Shown here piece by piece: positions 10,062 through 19,916 of a stretch of 64,000 nucleotides of DNA. This stretch comes from an uncultured Clostridium sp. (GTDB lineage Bacteria; Bacillota; Clostridia; TANB77; CAG-508): assembly GCA_947363765.1 (NCBI GenBank), contig CANAQC010000003.1:7756-71755 (forward strand), in the 5' to 3' direction. A model generated the notes under the pieces. That model was not told the DNA's origin and did no database searches. It was given only the letters and a program-made list of their open reading frames with translations. A program made the translations under genes and the position numbers. Each line of letters opens with the position of its first letter. Position 1 is the stretch's first letter.

Positions 10062-11264
10062 ATGATAAAAAAACTACTAGCTATATTAATATCAATTATA
10101 ATTTGTTTTAGTATTCCACTTAGTATTTATGCAGCTACCGTATCAGATTTAGAACAACAACAAAAAGAAGCAGAAGACAAAAAAAATGAAGCAAAAGAAA
10201 AATTAGATGATATAAAGGAAGAAAAAAGTGAAACTTTAACTGAGATTCGCGACTTAGATTCAAAAATATCAGCTAGTGAGGAAAAATTAGATAATTTAGA
10301 AAGCCAAATAAAAGAATTAGAAAATTCAATTAAAGAAACAAAAAATGAAATAACAAAAAAACAAGAAAGTTATGACAAAAATAAAGAACTAATGGACAAG
10401 CGTTTAATAGCACTTCATGAAGCAGGCGAAACATCATTTTTAGATGTTTTATTAAATGCTAAAAGTTTTACAGATTTTCTTTCTCGTTATTTTACAGTAC
10501 AAGAATTAGCAGAACATGATACAGAACTACTAAATACAATTGAACAAGAAAGAAAAACGATTGAAGCAAAAAAACAAGAATTAGATGAAAAGAAAGCAAA
10601 AGTAGATGAAGCAAAAAAAGAGCAAGAACAAGCAACAAAAGAATTAAAAAATGCAAGATCTGAAAAAAATAGTAAAGTAGATAAATTATCAGAGGATGAG
10701 AAAAAAACACAAAAAGAGATTGATAGCTATAATGCAGCAATTAGGCAAGTAGAAAACCAAATTACAGAAATGTTAAGACAAGCAGAACAACAAATGAATA
10801 ATAGTAATTCATCAGGAATTAAATTTGATGGAAGTTTTGTATGGCCATGTAACAATAAAGTAGTAACATCAACAGTTAAAATTAGATGGGGAAAATGGCA
10901 TAAAGGAATTGACATTGGAGCAAGATATGAAAATGTTTATGCTTCTGCATCAGGATATGCATATAATGCATCAAATCCTGGAGGATATGGAACATACATT
11001 ATGGTAGTTCATGGTGGTGGATATATTACATTATATGGACATTTACAATCAAGTAAAATTTCAAATGGACAATATGTAAAACAAGGACAAGTTATTGCAA
11101 CATCAGGAAATTCAGGAGCAAGTCAAGGAGCACATTTACATTTTGAAATTAGAAAGTGTAAATCAATTAGTTCAATGTTTACATCTGGTAATAACTTCTT
11201 AAACCCTTTAGATTATCTACCAGGAGGATACACATTGGCAGCAGGAGCAACAAAACCGTCATAA
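10062..11264 (+). CDS. Coiled-coil M23 peptidase, tandem paralog
   Basis: Same architecture, with blocks near-identical to the upstream gene (DKRLIA[IL]HEAGETSFLDV, VQELAEHDTELLN). M23 motifs HKGIDIG and AHLHFEI. The ATG at 10062 follows AAAAGGAGA. The ORF track start is 10041. Confidence 0.8.
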   Translation: MIKKLLAILISIIICFSIPLSIYAATVSDLEQQQKEAEDKKNEAKEKLDDIKEEKSETLTEIRDLDSKISASEEKLDNLESQIKELENSIKETKNEITKKQESYDKNKELMDKRLIALHEAGETSFLDVLLNAKSFTDFLSRYFTVQELAEHDTELLNTIEQERKTIEAKKQELDEKKAKVDEAKKEQEQATKELKNARSEKNSKVDKLSEDEKKTQKEIDSYNAAIRQVENQITEMLRQAEQQMNNSNSSGIKFDGSFVWPCNNKVVTSTVKIRWGKWHKGIDIGARYENVYASASGYAYNASNPGGYGTYIMVVHGGGYITLYGHLQSSKISNGQYVKQGQVIATSGNSGASQGAHLHFEIRKCKSISSMFTSGNNFLNPLDYLPGGYTLAAGATKPS

Positions 11265-11548
11265 AATAATACATAATAAAAAAATTAGGAAGTAAAAGAT
11301 AAATAAAAAAATTTACATCCTAATTTTTTATATATTAAATGTAAGAGGAAACAAAAGACTTTATAATTACATAAGAAAATATTTGGTAGTAAATACTACT
11401 AATATATATTAATAGTTAGAAAGGATTAAAAAGAAAATCTTACAAAAAATAAAAGTCTAATATTATTTTGTGAAAATTTAATAAAAATATACTATAAATT
11501 TTATTTTGTAGTATAATAGTTAAGAAATAAAAATAGTAGGAGGAAAAA

Positions 11549-12757
11549 ATGGACACAGAAAAAAGACAAAGTATTTATCGTGTAGTTATGTTGGTGGTAA
11601 TTGTTGTAACAATTACATTTATTTGTACGACATTATTTATTTATAAATATGTAGGTAATAATACAAAATATTTACCAATGGTTGCAAATGATGGAGGAAT
11701 TTCTAGTAATTTAGCAAGTTTTAAAAAGATAATTGATCAAAAATTTTTAGGAGAAATTGATGATAAAAAAGTTTTAGAAGAAACGATAAAGGGTTATATA
11801 AAAGGATTAGGAGATCCATATACTGAATATATGACAAAAGAGGAAATGGAAGAGTTTACAAGTGATGTAATGGGAAATTTTACTGGAATTGGTATTTATT
11901 TAACTAAAGATACAGAAAAAAATGCAGTTATTGTAATTTCACCAATTAAAGATACACCAGCACATAAAGCAGGAATCTTGCCAGGTGATATTATTACAAA
12001 AATTGATGATATATCATATACAGCAGAGCAATTAACAGAAGCATCAAATAAAATAAAAGGAGAAGTAGGAACTAAAGTAAAACTTGAAATTTTAAGAAAT
12101 AATAGTACTATAACATTTGAAGTAACAAGAGAAAATATTAAAGTAAATCATGTTGAATCAAAAGTATTACAAGATAATATTGGATATATAGAATTTAATT
12201 CTTTTGATGAAGGATGCAGTAAAGAATTTAAAGAAAAACTAGAAGAATTAAAAGATAAAAATATAACATCTTTAATTATAGATATTCGTAATAATGGTGG
12301 AGGACTAGTAGATGAGGCAATTACTATTGCAGACTATTTAATCCCAAAAGATGATACGTTATTAATAACAACAGATAAAAATGGAAAAGAAGAAATAACT
12401 AAAGCAAAGCAAGATGTTTTAATTAATTTACCTATTGTATTATTAACAAATGAAAGCTCTGCAAGTGCTTCTGAAATTTTAGCAGGAGCTCTAAAAGATA
12501 ATAACAAGGCAACAATTGTAGGTACTACAACTTATGGAAAAGGAGTAATACAAGAATTATTAACTTTAACAGATGGAAGTGGTCTAAAAATTACTACGAA
12601 TGAATATTATACTCCAAATCATAATAAAATTAATAAAATAGGAATTAAACCAGATATAGAAGAACAATTAAATGAACAAGCAAAAGAGAGTATAGTAATA
12701 GAGGAAGAAAATGATAATCAATTACAAAAAGCAATAGAAGTTATAAGAAAAAAGTAA
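11549..12757 (+). CDS. S41 carboxy-terminal processing peptidase (CtpA/CtpB-like) with PDZ domain
   Basis: N-terminal TM helix, PDZ (PAHKAGILPGDIITKIDD), and S41 catalytic region (NESSASASEILAGALKD). Confidence 0.85.
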   Translation: MDTEKRQSIYRVVMLVVIVVTITFICTTLFIYKYVGNNTKYLPMVANDGGISSNLASFKKIIDQKFLGEIDDKKVLEETIKGYIKGLGDPYTEYMTKEEMEEFTSDVMGNFTGIGIYLTKDTEKNAVIVISPIKDTPAHKAGILPGDIITKIDDISYTAEQLTEASNKIKGEVGTKVKLEILRNNSTITFEVTRENIKVNHVESKVLQDNIGYIEFNSFDEGCSKEFKEKLEELKDKNITSLIIDIRNNGGGLVDEAITIADYLIPKDDTLLITTDKNGKEEITKAKQDVLINLPIVLLTNESSASASEILAGALKDNNKATIVGTTTYGKGVIQELLTLTDGSGLKITTNEYYTPNHNKINKIGIKPDIEEQLNEQAKESIVIEEENDNQLQKAIEVIRKK

Positions 12758-12800
12758 TAAAAAAATAGTATATAGCATTTAAACTAGTTATTAAAATTGA

Positions 12801-12847
12801 AAAAATATAGTAATAATAATGAATTAATTTATTACTATATTTTTTTA
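12801..12847 (+). terminator. Rho-independent terminator
   Basis: 16-bp perfect stem AAAAATATAGTAATAA / TTATTACTATATTTTT followed by a T-run. Confidence 0.7.
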
Positions 12848-13047
12848 TTTAAAGATATAAGGTATTGTTAACATTTAGATTTATTATATAAGTTTTTAGA
12901 TTAAAATAGTAAAGAAAATATATGGCAGTTCTTAAACTTTTTTTTCCAAAAATTGTACTTGATTTGTATTTTAAACTTGTAACTAGATATTAATAGTAAA
13001 TATTATAGCAAAACACAAAAAATGTTTAAAAAAATTAAAAAATAGTA

Positions 13048-13076
13048 TTGACATATTTATTAAAATTTAGTATACT
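13048..13076 (+). promoter_or_regulatory. Sigma-A-type promoter for the tRNA cluster
   Basis: TTGACA, a 17-nt spacer, then TATACT, about 20 nt upstream of tRNA-Val. Confidence 0.6.
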
Positions 13077-13097
13077 AAGCAATGTCGAAAAGATAAC

Positions 13098-13173
13098 GGT
13101 CGCTTAGCTCAGCTGGGAGAGCATCTGCCTTACAAGCAGGGGGTCATAGGTTCGAGCCCTATAGCGACCACCA
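13098..13173 (+). tRNA. tRNA-Val (anticodon TAC), CCA encoded
   Basis: Hand-folded cloverleaf: acceptor GGTCGCT/AGCGACC, anticodon loop CTTACAA, T-loop TTCGAGC. Confidence 0.85.
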
Positions 13174-13181
13174 TTTTTTAC

Positions 13182-13258
13182 GGCCTGGTAGTTCAGTTGG
13201 TTAGAACGCTAGCCTGTCACGCTAGAGGTCGACGGTTCGAGCCCGTTCCAGGTCGCCA
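13182..13258 (+). tRNA. tRNA-Asp (anticodon GTC), CCA encoded
   Basis: Acceptor GGCCTGG/CCAGGTC, anticodon stem CTAGC/GCTAG with loop CTGTCAC, T-loop TTCGAGC. Confidence 0.85.
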
Positions 13259-13277
13259 TTTTTTTATATAAATATAT

Positions 13278-13353
13278 GCCTCGATAGCTCAGTTGGTAGA
13301 GCAAAGGACTGAAAATCCTTGTGTCACTGGTTCGATTCCAGTTCGAGGCACCA
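13278..13353 (+). tRNA. tRNA-Phe (anticodon GAA), CCA encoded
   Basis: Acceptor GCCTCGA/TCGAGGC, anticodon stem AAGGA/TCCTT with loop CTGAAAA, T-loop TTCGATT. Confidence 0.85.
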
Positions 13354-13525
13354 ATGACGTTTCTGTTCGAACTAAATTGAACAGAGAGATACAAATATCA
13401 TTCTGAAAAGGATGGTATTTTTTGTTGCAAAAATATAATTTTTTTCAGTAGAGGTAAATAAATTTTATTGCCTTGCAGAGGCCCCGAGTTTTGTTAGCAT
13501 GACGAAACTCATAGGGGGTTAGAAC
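13346..13525. repeat. Direct repeat D copy 1 (last 8 nt of tRNA-Phe plus about 170 nt of downstream flank)
   Basis: AGGCACCAATGACGTTTCTGTTCGAACTAAATTGAACAG...CCCCGAGTTTTG...AAACTCATAGGGG recurs with substitutions and indels at 18651..18799. Confidence 0.75.
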
Positions 13526-13621
13526 TTGTGGCAAAGCCAAAGTCCTGTGCTACAAAGAAAATTCAAAGAAGTGTTTTTTTGGGGAGAAAAAATTATCATA
13601 TTTAATCTATTTAGGTAGTAA

Positions 13622-14404
13622 TCAAAAGCTGAAGAGAGTGTCCGATTCTAGGACACTCTCTTCAGCTTTTGATATGAAATTTTCAATAAATTCCGTCCAT
13701 TTTTGATTACACTCTTGACTTGATAAATTGTCATTTTCCCTTAAGACTTGAAGTTCTTCCAAAAACTTGTCTTCGTCAAATTCCTCAAAGAATTGATTTG
13801 CCCATATCAAATATAATTCCTGCTCGTCAATAGTTTCTGGGCATTCGACGTTATCATTAAATCCAAACTTCCACCAAATATCTTTCAAATTACTTTGAGC
13901 CTCATCATCTGATAATTGATCAAAATCTCTAATCTCATATAGATATGAAAGAGCATTAAGAGATTTAAGTAAGAGTATATGCTTAGATGTTCCATCTATT
14001 ATAAGATTTACAACCTCATCTTTTTCCTCTTCAGAAAGTTCTGGAAATTTTGAAAGCAAAATAATAGTTTCATCATAATTTTTTTCAAGTTCTCCCAATT
14101 CTTTTGAAATAAAATTAGGAGAAGAAATGGAATTATCTACTCTTGCCTTTACATCTTTTATTAATCCTAGTGCTTTGTTAAAGCCGACTACAGTCCTTTC
14201 CCCATCCATTGCTTCCAATGCATATATGGAGTTAATGACAGCTTCATTAGCATCAGATAAATATATGGTTGCTTCATGAATATTTATCTTCATTTGGATC
14301 GTTGAAAGTTTGTATTCAGAATACGAATTTTGTTTCGTTTTTCCGCAAGCACATAAAGCTATACACATTGTGGTTACGATAATGGACATTATTATTTTTT
14401 TCAT
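13622..14404 (-). CDS. Hypothetical lipoprotein
   Basis: AAAGGAGA RBS before the internal ATG (MKKIIMSIIVTTMCIALCACGK, lipobox-like). The ORF track extends to 14443. The C-terminal codons are embedded in a 20-bp perfect hairpin. Confidence 0.55.
   Translation of the reverse strand: MKKIIMSIIVTTMCIALCACGKTKQNSYSEYKLSTIQMKINIHEATIYLSDANEAVINSIYALEAMDGERTVVGFNKALGLIKDVKARVDNSISSPNFISKELGELEKNYDETIILLSKFPELSEEEKDEVVNLIIDGTSKHILLLKSLNALSYLYEIRDFDQLSDDEAQSNLKDIWWKFGFNDNVECPETIDEQELYLIWANQFFEEFDEDKFLEELQVLRENDNLSSQECNQKWTEFIENFISKAEESVLESDTLFSF
13624..13670. terminator. Perfect 20-bp inverted repeat (bidirectional terminator-like hairpin) overlapping the 3' codons of the lipoprotein gene
   Basis: AAAAGCTGAAGAGAGTGTCC, loop gattcta, GGACACTCTCTTCAGCTTTT. 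Confidence 0.55.
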
Positions 14405-14740
14405 ACTTTGTCTCCTTTGTCTTTTATAATAATTTATATTCACTAAAATAACAAAGGATAATCCCTTGCTATTTTAGATTGTTTTCTATTCTCAGCAAGA
14501 GAATTCTAAATTTGAATAATAAAATATTAGCATATTTTATGTCAAATGTCAAATTTGTTTTAGAGCTATTCATTGTTTTTCTTTATATTGTATTTCAATA
14601 TTTGAAAATATCAAGCTATAACTCGATTTAAGTTTCATCTATTTAAACTATATCCAATTTATTATAATTGTTTTTATTTTTTATTTCATCAAATAAAATG
14701 ATAAATTTTTATAATTTTATTTAAATTTATAAAAAATATG

Positions 14741-14810
14741 ATATACTTTAATAAATTGATTGATATTTGTATCAATCGTTAAAGGTGTGAAAAAAGTTGT
14801 AGATAACTAC
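14741..14810 (+). repeat. Repeat A copy 1: promoter/operator-like module with palindrome GATTGATA-TTTG-TATCAATC
   Basis: The 39 nt at 14741..14779 are identical to 22355..22393. TTGTAGATAACTAC also recurs (14797 and 22411). Confidence 0.7.
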
Positions 14811-15002
14811 TTCGTTGGCACCAAGACGAGTTTTTGTCGAACTAATACTTGATATAACTTAATTTCAAGATTATAAGAACCTTACCCACTAATGCAATCA
14901 AAGATTGCAAGTGGGTACCCAAGAACCTTGTTGCTTACGCAATAAGAATTTGACAACACAAAAACTATAAACCGTTTCAAAAATGAAGCGGTCTTTTTTT
15001 GA

Positions 15003-15257
<255 letters not shown>

Positions 15258-15448
15258 TAATAATAAATGTAAAAACTCGAAAAGTGCTAATAGCTACAAA
15301 TATGCTATGTGGCACTTTTTTGTTGCCTTTCTATTCATATGCGAAAGTATACTAACACTGTAACAGGCAAAGCCTTAACAGTCTTAGCAATTTGGAATGA
15401 GGAAATGAAAAAGTAGTAAATTTAGTAAAGTATTTTGAAACATTAGAC

Positions 15449-15715
15449 TTGGCAGATAAACTAAGATTAAGTATAGATATGTTTGAAATCTATCATATAA
15501 AAGTAAAAAATGATAAAGTTTTAGAGATTTTAAAGAAATTATTATGTGCAGTTGATGAAAGTTATAATAAGACAAAATTTTTGAATTTGCTTAACTATAA
15601 GCATTTACTTATGACATCAGCACAAGTAATGGAACTAACTGAACAAGAACAAAAAATTTTTGTATTTGAGGTATTATATAATATTTATAGTATTTTAAAG
15701 AACAAAAATTTGTAA
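15449..15715 (+). pseudogene. 5'-truncated duplicate of the 17511..17843 small ORF
   Basis: 15404..15700 is near-identical to 17529..17825, but the upstream frame is closed by TGA. Only a TTG-initiated fragment remains. Confidence 0.45.
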
Positions 15716-15847
15716 AATTTTATTCTGTTCGCTTGTTTTTAAGTAAAATTTGTTATATAGTATTTATCATAGGAAATGAATATAAAGCAGATGTGTGTTG
15801 CCACTGAACTTCATAGTTTCTAACTATGGGAAAGTGAGGTGGTGTTT

Positions 15848-15949
15848 ATGGGATTTATATTATTTTTGATATATGCATTGGGATTTTCCCTAACTATAAA
15901 CGTAGCCTTATTGACAGTTATATACATACTTTGGACAAATAAGGAATAA
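15848..15949 (+). CDS. 33-aa hydrophobic peptide, candidate type I toxin
   Basis: GTGAGGTGG RBS, then MGFILFLIYALGFSLTINVALLTVIYILWTNKE: one TM helix with a polar C-tail. Below the ORF-track length cutoff. Embedded in a structured unit of about 270 nt. Confidence 0.4.
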   Translation: MGFILFLIYALGFSLTINVALLTVIYILWTNKE

Positions 15950-16147
15950 ACAAAGACACTACATTATGCTTTGGACGGCAATGTAGTGTCTTGACAATTT
16001 ATATGTGACAACACATTTCTGTGTTTCATTTCCTATATTTATTATACACAGATAATATTAATTTGTCAAATATAGATTTGCAATTTTATGTAAAACATGG
16101 TAATATATAGCTATATTAGTAAATTTGAAAGGGAATTGAAATAATTT

Positions 16148-17077
16148 ATGAAAAAAGAAAATCAAAGTAAAAGATTTACTATCATTATTCCAATGCATGA
16201 TGCCGAAGAATTTATATTAAAAGCATTAGAGAGTGTAAGAAGCCAAGATTTTGATGATTATGAATGTATTGTAATAGATGATCATTCTCAAGACAAAAGT
16301 AGAGAATTGGTAGAAAAATATATAACAAGCAATCCAAGTAATAATTTCCAAATATATGAAACACCAGATGAAAAGTGGGGACCTGGAACAGCAAGAAATA
16401 TTGGATTAGATAATGGTATTGGAGAATATGTGGTATTTTTAGATGCAGATGATGAAAATTCCTTAAAAAATATTAGTAGTGCAATTGATAGAAATGAATT
16501 AGTAGAAGTTTTAATACTAGGATTTCAAAGGAAATGGAGAGATAGACATGATAATGTATTGCTAACTACTACTTTTAAACCAAAAGAAAAACATACAAAC
16601 AAGCATTATCAAATGGGGAAAAATAATGAAGGAACAATATGGTCTGGTTGTTGGAAAAAAAGTTTATTTGATAATAATAAAATAAGATTTCCAGAAAATA
16701 CAGTATGGGAAGACTTAATACCCAAATTAGAATTATTTAATGCTGCTGAATCTGAAAAAATAAAAATTTGTGGCTATTCTACCCATAAATATAATGTTAG
16801 ACCAGGAAAAAGTATAGGAACTACTCCCACAATGGATAAATTGAAATCAATGATAGAACTACATAGAAAATGTGCTAGGCTAGTTTCGGAAGGAAAAATA
16901 GATGCTCAATATGAAAAAGATATAAAGACAAGAGTAAGAAATAGTCCAGCCCTAGCTATGTGGATGGCTGGAATGGCTTTATATACTAAAGTATTAAGAA
17001 ATATTCCAGAAAAAGTTGATAAAATAAAAAATAGATTTAGCAGTTGTAAAGCAAGAACTGAAGATAATGAGAGATAA
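16148..17077 (+). CDS. Family 2 glycosyltransferase
   Basis: FTIIIPMHDAEEFILKALESVRSQDF, VIDDHSQD and FLDADDE, typical of GT-A/GT2. Confidence 0.8.
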   Translation: MKKENQSKRFTIIIPMHDAEEFILKALESVRSQDFDDYECIVIDDHSQDKSRELVEKYITSNPSNNFQIYETPDEKWGPGTARNIGLDNGIGEYVVFLDADDENSLKNISSAIDRNELVEVLILGFQRKWRDRHDNVLLTTTFKPKEKHTNKHYQMGKNNEGTIWSGCWKKSLFDNNKIRFPENTVWEDLIPKLELFNAAESEKIKICGYSTHKYNVRPGKSIGTTPTMDKLKSMIELHRKCARLVSEGKIDAQYEKDIKTRVRNSPALAMWMAGMALYTKVLRNIPEKVDKIKNRFSSCKARTEDNER

Positions 17078-17115
17078 TTTAGGCTATATTGAATATAAAT
17101 AGTTTTTTGTGTTTA

Positions 17116-17225
17116 GGAGTATACATTTTATAAATTATATGATAAAATGCATATACAGTCGATAATCGGAAAAGGTGCAAGTGTGGGAGTATGTTTTTTC
17201 GCAAATAACCACAGCTAAGGCACCA
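17116..17225. repeat. Repeat C copy 1 (about 110 nt, ends AAGGCACCA like the tRNA-Phe 3' end)
   Basis: GGAGTATACATTTTATAAATTATATGATAAAATGCATATACAGTCGATAATCGG...CAGCTAAGGCACCA recurs at 18549..18658. Confidence 0.7.
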
Positions 17226-17510
17226 TTTTTTAATAACTTACGAACTTATAAAGTTTGTAGGTTGTTTTTTTCATATTTAAACTTAAATTGAACCAATAGA
17301 ATATGTAATAACAAAGCTTATTACTCTTACTATATTTGAATACAAAGTAAATGAAATGGATAACAAAAACTTTTATATTAAAGAACATAATCAAAAGTGT
17401 ATGAAGAACTAAAAATAGATAATATTTTAAGACAAGAAGATATTGATTTTTATAGACAATAAAAACACTAAAAAGAGAAGTTATGAATTATAAAACGGAG
17501 GTAAAAAATT

Positions 17511-17843
17511 ATGATATTAAAATGTAATAATGAAAAAGTAGTAAATTTAGTAAAGTATTTTGAAACATTAGACTTGGCAGATAAACTAAGATTAAGTATA
17601 GATATGTTTGAAATCTATCATATAAAAGTAAAAAATGATAAAGTTTTAGAGATTTTAAAGAAATTATTATGTGCAGTTGATGAAAGTTATAATAAGACAA
17701 AATTTTTGAATTTGCTTAACTATAAGCATTTGCTTATGACTTTGGCACAAGTAATGGAACTAACTGAAAAAGAGCAGAATATTTTCGTATTCGAGATACT
17801 TTTTAATATTTATAAATTGATAAAACCACTTTATAAAGCATAA
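17511..17843 (+). CDS. Hypothetical small helical protein (110 aa)
   Basis: GGAGGT RBS. Full-length version of the duplicated ORF. No family recognised. Confidence 0.5.
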   Translation: MILKCNNEKVVNLVKYFETLDLADKLRLSIDMFEIYHIKVKNDKVLEILKKLLCAVDESYNKTKFLNLLNYKHLLMTLAQVMELTEKEQNIFVFEILFNIYKLIKPLYKA

Positions 17844-17955
17844 TCAGTAATAATTAATATAAATAGCTTGAATATTATGTTGAATTAATGTATGATTATA
17901 GTATAGCAGTATGCTGAATATATATTAAAACACTCAAAAATAAGGAGGGCTTTTT

Positions 17956-18459
17956 ATGAAACGGTGTATTAAATGGTTGATTGACTGGTTTGCTGATTGG
18001 ATTGGGCAATTTGATTGGGAACAAATTGTAGGATTTGCAATATCAGGATTAGTAGGTATTGCTTTAGCTATAATAATGTTTGTATATACAGACAAAGTTC
18101 CCGCTACTCCATCTGATTATGAGCAATTAGAAGATCAGGTGAATGTTATTCAACAAAATCCAGACTTATTGCTAGAAACAGACTGCAATATCAATATCAA
18201 TGGAGAAATAATCACAGTTGAATTTGAGAATGATGAGTGCAAGATGACCGCAAAATATGATAAGGATTTTGAAGTATTATCAACTTCTAAAAAAGATAAA
18301 TCTATGTTTTGGTTATGGACTCTTGTACTTGGTTTAATCGTTGGCGGTGCTGAGATTTATTTTGTGGGCTGGCTATTGACACTAGTAATAATTTTTCTTA
18401 AAATAGCAGTAGAATGGATTTTCGAAAGAGTAAAAACTCAAAGCCAAATTCTAAAATAA
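17956..18459 (+). CDS. Hypothetical membrane protein
   Basis: Strong AAGGAGGG RBS. TM segments at both ends. Codon 3 is an in-frame CGG. Confidence 0.5.
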   Translation: MKRCIKWLIDWFADWIGQFDWEQIVGFAISGLVGIALAIIMFVYTDKVPATPSDYEQLEDQVNVIQQNPDLLLETDCNININGEIITVEFENDECKMTAKYDKDFEVLSTSKKDKSMFWLWTLVLGLIVGGAEIYFVGWLLTLVIIFLKIAVEWIFERVKTQSQILK

Positions 18460-18488
18460 GTGAAAGTCAAAAGACATTTGCGTTTCAT

Positions 18489-18521
18489 AAAGCGGTAGTC
18501 ATATTATGGCTACCGCTTTTT
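18489..18521 (+). terminator. Rho-independent terminator
   Basis: AAAGCGGTAG ... CTACCGCTTT followed by a T-run. Confidence 0.7.
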
Positions 18522-18548
18522 CTAAAAAAATTGTAAAATTTTATTTTG

Positions 18549-18799
18549 GGAGTACACATTTTATAAATTATATGTTAAAATGTATATACAGTCGATAATC
18601 AGAAACGGTGCAAGCATGAGAGTATGTTTTTTCGCAAATAACCATAGCTAAGGCACCAACGACGTTTTTGTTCGAACTAAATTGAACAGCTATATACAAA
18701 TATCATTCTAAAAAGGATAGTATTTTTTTGTTTTCAGGAAGTAATTGCTTCGCAGAGACCCCGAGTTTTGAATGTAGGTCAAAACTCATAGGGGAGAAC
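18549..18799. repeat. Repeat C copy 2 fused to repeat D copy 2
   Basis: 18549..18658 matches 17116..17225. 18651..18799 matches the tRNA-Phe 3' end plus flank (13346..13525). Confidence 0.7.
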
Positions 18800-19219
18800 G
18801 CTTTAGTTAAGTACACTAATTCTTTTCGTCTAAATCTTTTAGCTTTAGTAACAATTATTTTAATGTAAGTTTCTACTCTAGTTACTTAATAATTTATTTT
18901 GTTCTTGTTCAATATATTGCCTTTATGTAGGAAACTGTTACATAACTTTCTTTGAAAGTATGTAAACTATTATGACACTTTCAAAACTTCGTTTTGGAAA
19001 GGTGCCGTGGGCTCCTAGTGGAGAGCTCATAAATTATCTAATCTAACGATAAATAAATTTATGTTTGGCTTTGCCAAAGCAAAAGAATATATAGCACAAT
19101 TTTTGAAAAAAGTTAAATTTTATTTGGCAGAAATGTTGAGAAAATAGTCCTTTTATGGTATAAATATGTCCATATGCTAAAGAAAAAGTTATAAAAGATA
19201 ATATTAACAAGAAAACCAG

Positions 19220-19897
19220 GTGATATTAATAAAAAGGTTAAATATATTTATAGATGAAAGTGGAGATTTTGGATTTGTAAAAGTAAGTTTAGATTTATAT
19301 ACTGTTTCATTTACATTACACGAAAGTTCTAATTCAATAGAAAATGAACTAAAATATCTAAACAGAAAATTAGATGAACTTAATTATAATGGAATGATAC
19401 ATTTAGCATATTTAGTAGCTAAAAGAGGGGATTACTCACATTTTGATTTAGAAAAAAGAAAAAGCATATTTTGGGCTATATTCTATTTTTCAAATAGAGT
19501 GAAAGTTAAAATAAGAACTGTAATAATAGATAAAAAGTATATAAATAAGAAAATGCAAATTAACATGGCATTAGAAAGAGAGATTGGATAATTTATAAAT
19601 GATAATAAAGCATATTTGGATACATTTGATAAAATTGTTATTTATTATGATAATGGACAAGAAACATTGGCAACAATACTTGATACATTATTTGCTACTA
19701 ATCCAAAAATTGAAAGAAGAATAGAGTTTGACCATACTAAGAAACGATTATTTCAAGTTTCAGATATGATAATAGTTATAGATAAATTGGATTATAATAG
19801 AAAAAATAATATTTCTTTTACAAAGGCTGAAAAATATTTTTTCAATGGTAAAGATTTTAGACATATTATAAATCTGCTGAAAAATAAAAGAATATAA
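19220..19897 (+). pseudogene. DUF3800-family protein interrupted by an in-frame TAA (19589..19591)
   Basis: ORFs 19220..19591 and 19616..19897 are in the same frame. The N-terminus has IFIDESGDFG, typical of DUF3800, and the C-terminal part continues after ...EREIG*FINDNKAYLDTFDK. Confidence 0.55.
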
Positions 19898-19916
19898 TAT
19901 TAAAAGAGGAATAAAA

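Noticed and set aside
13209-13394. 61-aa minus-strand ORF
   Set aside because: It lies entirely across tRNA-Asp and tRNA-Phe, so it is a tRNA shadow.
14790-15000. T-box or riboswitch leader in the repeat-A downstream region
   Set aside because: I could not find the T-box consensus, a specifier/antiterminator arrangement, or any riboswitch core I recognise. Only generic hairpins and a terminator are present.
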